From Planctomycetota bacterium (GTDB taxonomy: Bacteria; Planctomycetota; UBA8108; SXIK01): a stretch of DNA of 64,000 bases. Numbering within the stretch: the stretch's first letter is position 1; every line of letters starts with the position of its first letter. Both the position numbers and the translations under genes were made by a program. Of the stretch, positions 62,844 through 64,000 are shown in pieces. The notes below the pieces were generated by a model. That model worked only from the letters and a program-made list of their open reading frames with translations, was not told the origin of the DNA and ran no database searches. The DNA lies in contig OZ244999.1 in NCBI GenBank assembly GCA_965223265.1, forward strand, positions 6,720,001 to 6,784,000, given 5' to 3'.

Positions 62844-64000
62844 TCACGAGCAGGCTATCGACCCGCCCTCGCAGCCGAGCTCGTCTGCGGTGGGATCCAC
62901 GCCGGGCATCAGGGGGCCGGGCGTCGGCGGCTCCGGCTGTGCCGGCACGAAGAGATACTCAAGCAGGAAGACGATGTCGCTGGCATCAAGACGGCCGTCG
63001 TCGTTGGCGTCGCAAGCGTCCTCGCACGGCGCCAAGAACTTCTGCTCACCCTCGAGGAAGATGAAACCAGCTGCCGCGGCCGCGTCTGAGATATCGATCG
63101 CCATCCCAGTCATGCCGGAGAAATTGCAATCGCCGCGGACGAATTCCTGGCGCTGCGTCACGCAGACATCGCAGTCGAATAGCTCCACTGGTCGTGCCTC
63201 AAAGTCGACGGAAATCAGGTTCTTGACGGCGACGCCATCGTTTGCTTCCTCACCATCGGTGAAACGAAGCGGCAGGCACTCACCGCAAAAAGCGTCTTCG
63301 CCGACGCGGAAGTCGACGGAGAAGAGCTTCGCGAATCCGGCAGCCGCCGGCAGCGTGCGGCCGTCAAACGGCGGGTTCGAATCGATCAAGATTCCCATGG
63401 TCAGGCCACAGCCATCGCCGTCGGTGCTTGAATTGTCGTTGTCGATCACGAGATTGACGAACTCCGCTTCGGACGATTCAAGCGCCGTTCCCGTCGTGTT
63501 GAGGGATTCAGGGATCGCGCTCAGGGCGCAGTCGTAGCGCACGGACATTGAGAGCCCCTGAACAGGGTCGGCCGACCGGTAATAGAAGTTCACAGTCGTC
63601 GTCCCGCCCAGTTCGGCTTCGAGCGGGCTCGGCGAGCCGGCGGCGTCAAGTTCTCCGCCGCACGCGAACGCAGCCTCACCACCACCGGTTGGCGAGCAAA
63701 CGAAAGCACCATGACGCAGCGTCAAGCCGCCATTCTCTTGCCAAACGAACTCGCCGAAGACGAGGAGCGTATTGAACACGCTTACGGCGGGATCGCCGAT
63801 CTGAATCTGCTCGTCGACAAGCGTGATCGCATGTTCTTGAGGGCCGGCGGCATCGGTGGCAAGGCAGCGGATCTGCGCTTCACCGACTTCGAAGTTGTCC
63901 CCTGCTGGGATCTTTTCGCAGTCAGCGCTGTCCGCATCCATGCTGACGCCGAAGATCATCGATCCATCCGACACCTGGGTGACGACGAGATCTGCGCTTT
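62844..64000 (-). CDS. Secreted protein, C-terminal part, with cohesin-like folds and a dockerin-like tail (5' end beyond window)
   Basis: Frame open to window end; FVRGDCN..DANDDGRLDASD..DPTADELGC. Confidence 0.85.
   Translation of the reverse strand, partial: SADLVVTQVSDGSMIFGVSMDADSADCEKIPAGDNFEVGEAQIRCLATDAAGPQEHAITLVDEQIQIGDPAVSVFNTLLVFGEFVWQENGGLTLRHGAFVCSPTGGGEAAFACGGELDAAGSPSPLEAELGGTTTVNFYYRSADPVQGLSMSVRYDCALSAIPESLNTTGTALESSEAEFVNLVIDNDNSSTDGDGCGLTMGILIDSNPPFDGRTLPAAAGFAKLFSVDFRVGEDAFCGECLPLRFTDGEEANDGVAVKNLISVDFEARPVELFDCDVCVTQRQEFVRGDCNFSGMTGMAIDISDAAAAAGFIFLEGEQKFLAPCEDACDANDDGRLDASDIVFLLEYLFVPAQPEPPTPGPLMPGVDPTADELGCEGGSIACS

Overview
GC-rich bacterial chromosomal window, most likely an uncultured Planctomycetota (LEPRxLL giant protein, dockerin-like C-terminal domains, PQQ-type propeller). 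1-16.2 kb: a >1,889-aa LEPRxLL surface protein on the minus strand (missing from the supplied ORF track because it runs off the window edge), divergent from a PilZ gene and a five-gene export cluster with no ABC or RND pump: GAF-HlyD, PqqD/RRE-M50 peptidase-HlyD, a SecA-derived protein with destroyed ATPase motifs, a second adaptor and TolC. 16-58 kb is mostly housekeeping: E2 acyltransferase, M24 peptidase, JAB-DinG helicase, metF, a complete atp operon with a His-rich subunit b, ggt, lexA with two GAAC-N4-GTTC boxes, hom-thrC-thrB-lysC, tRNA-Arg(CCT) preceded by a tRNA-like duplicate, and a split PFOR. 58.6-62.7 kb is a repeat-rich cassette: REP palindromes and hexamer microsatellites flank a four-helix-bundle gene, with a ~2.65-kb serine-recombinase element inserted in its upstream region. 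All calls come from reading motifs by eye; no database search was run.
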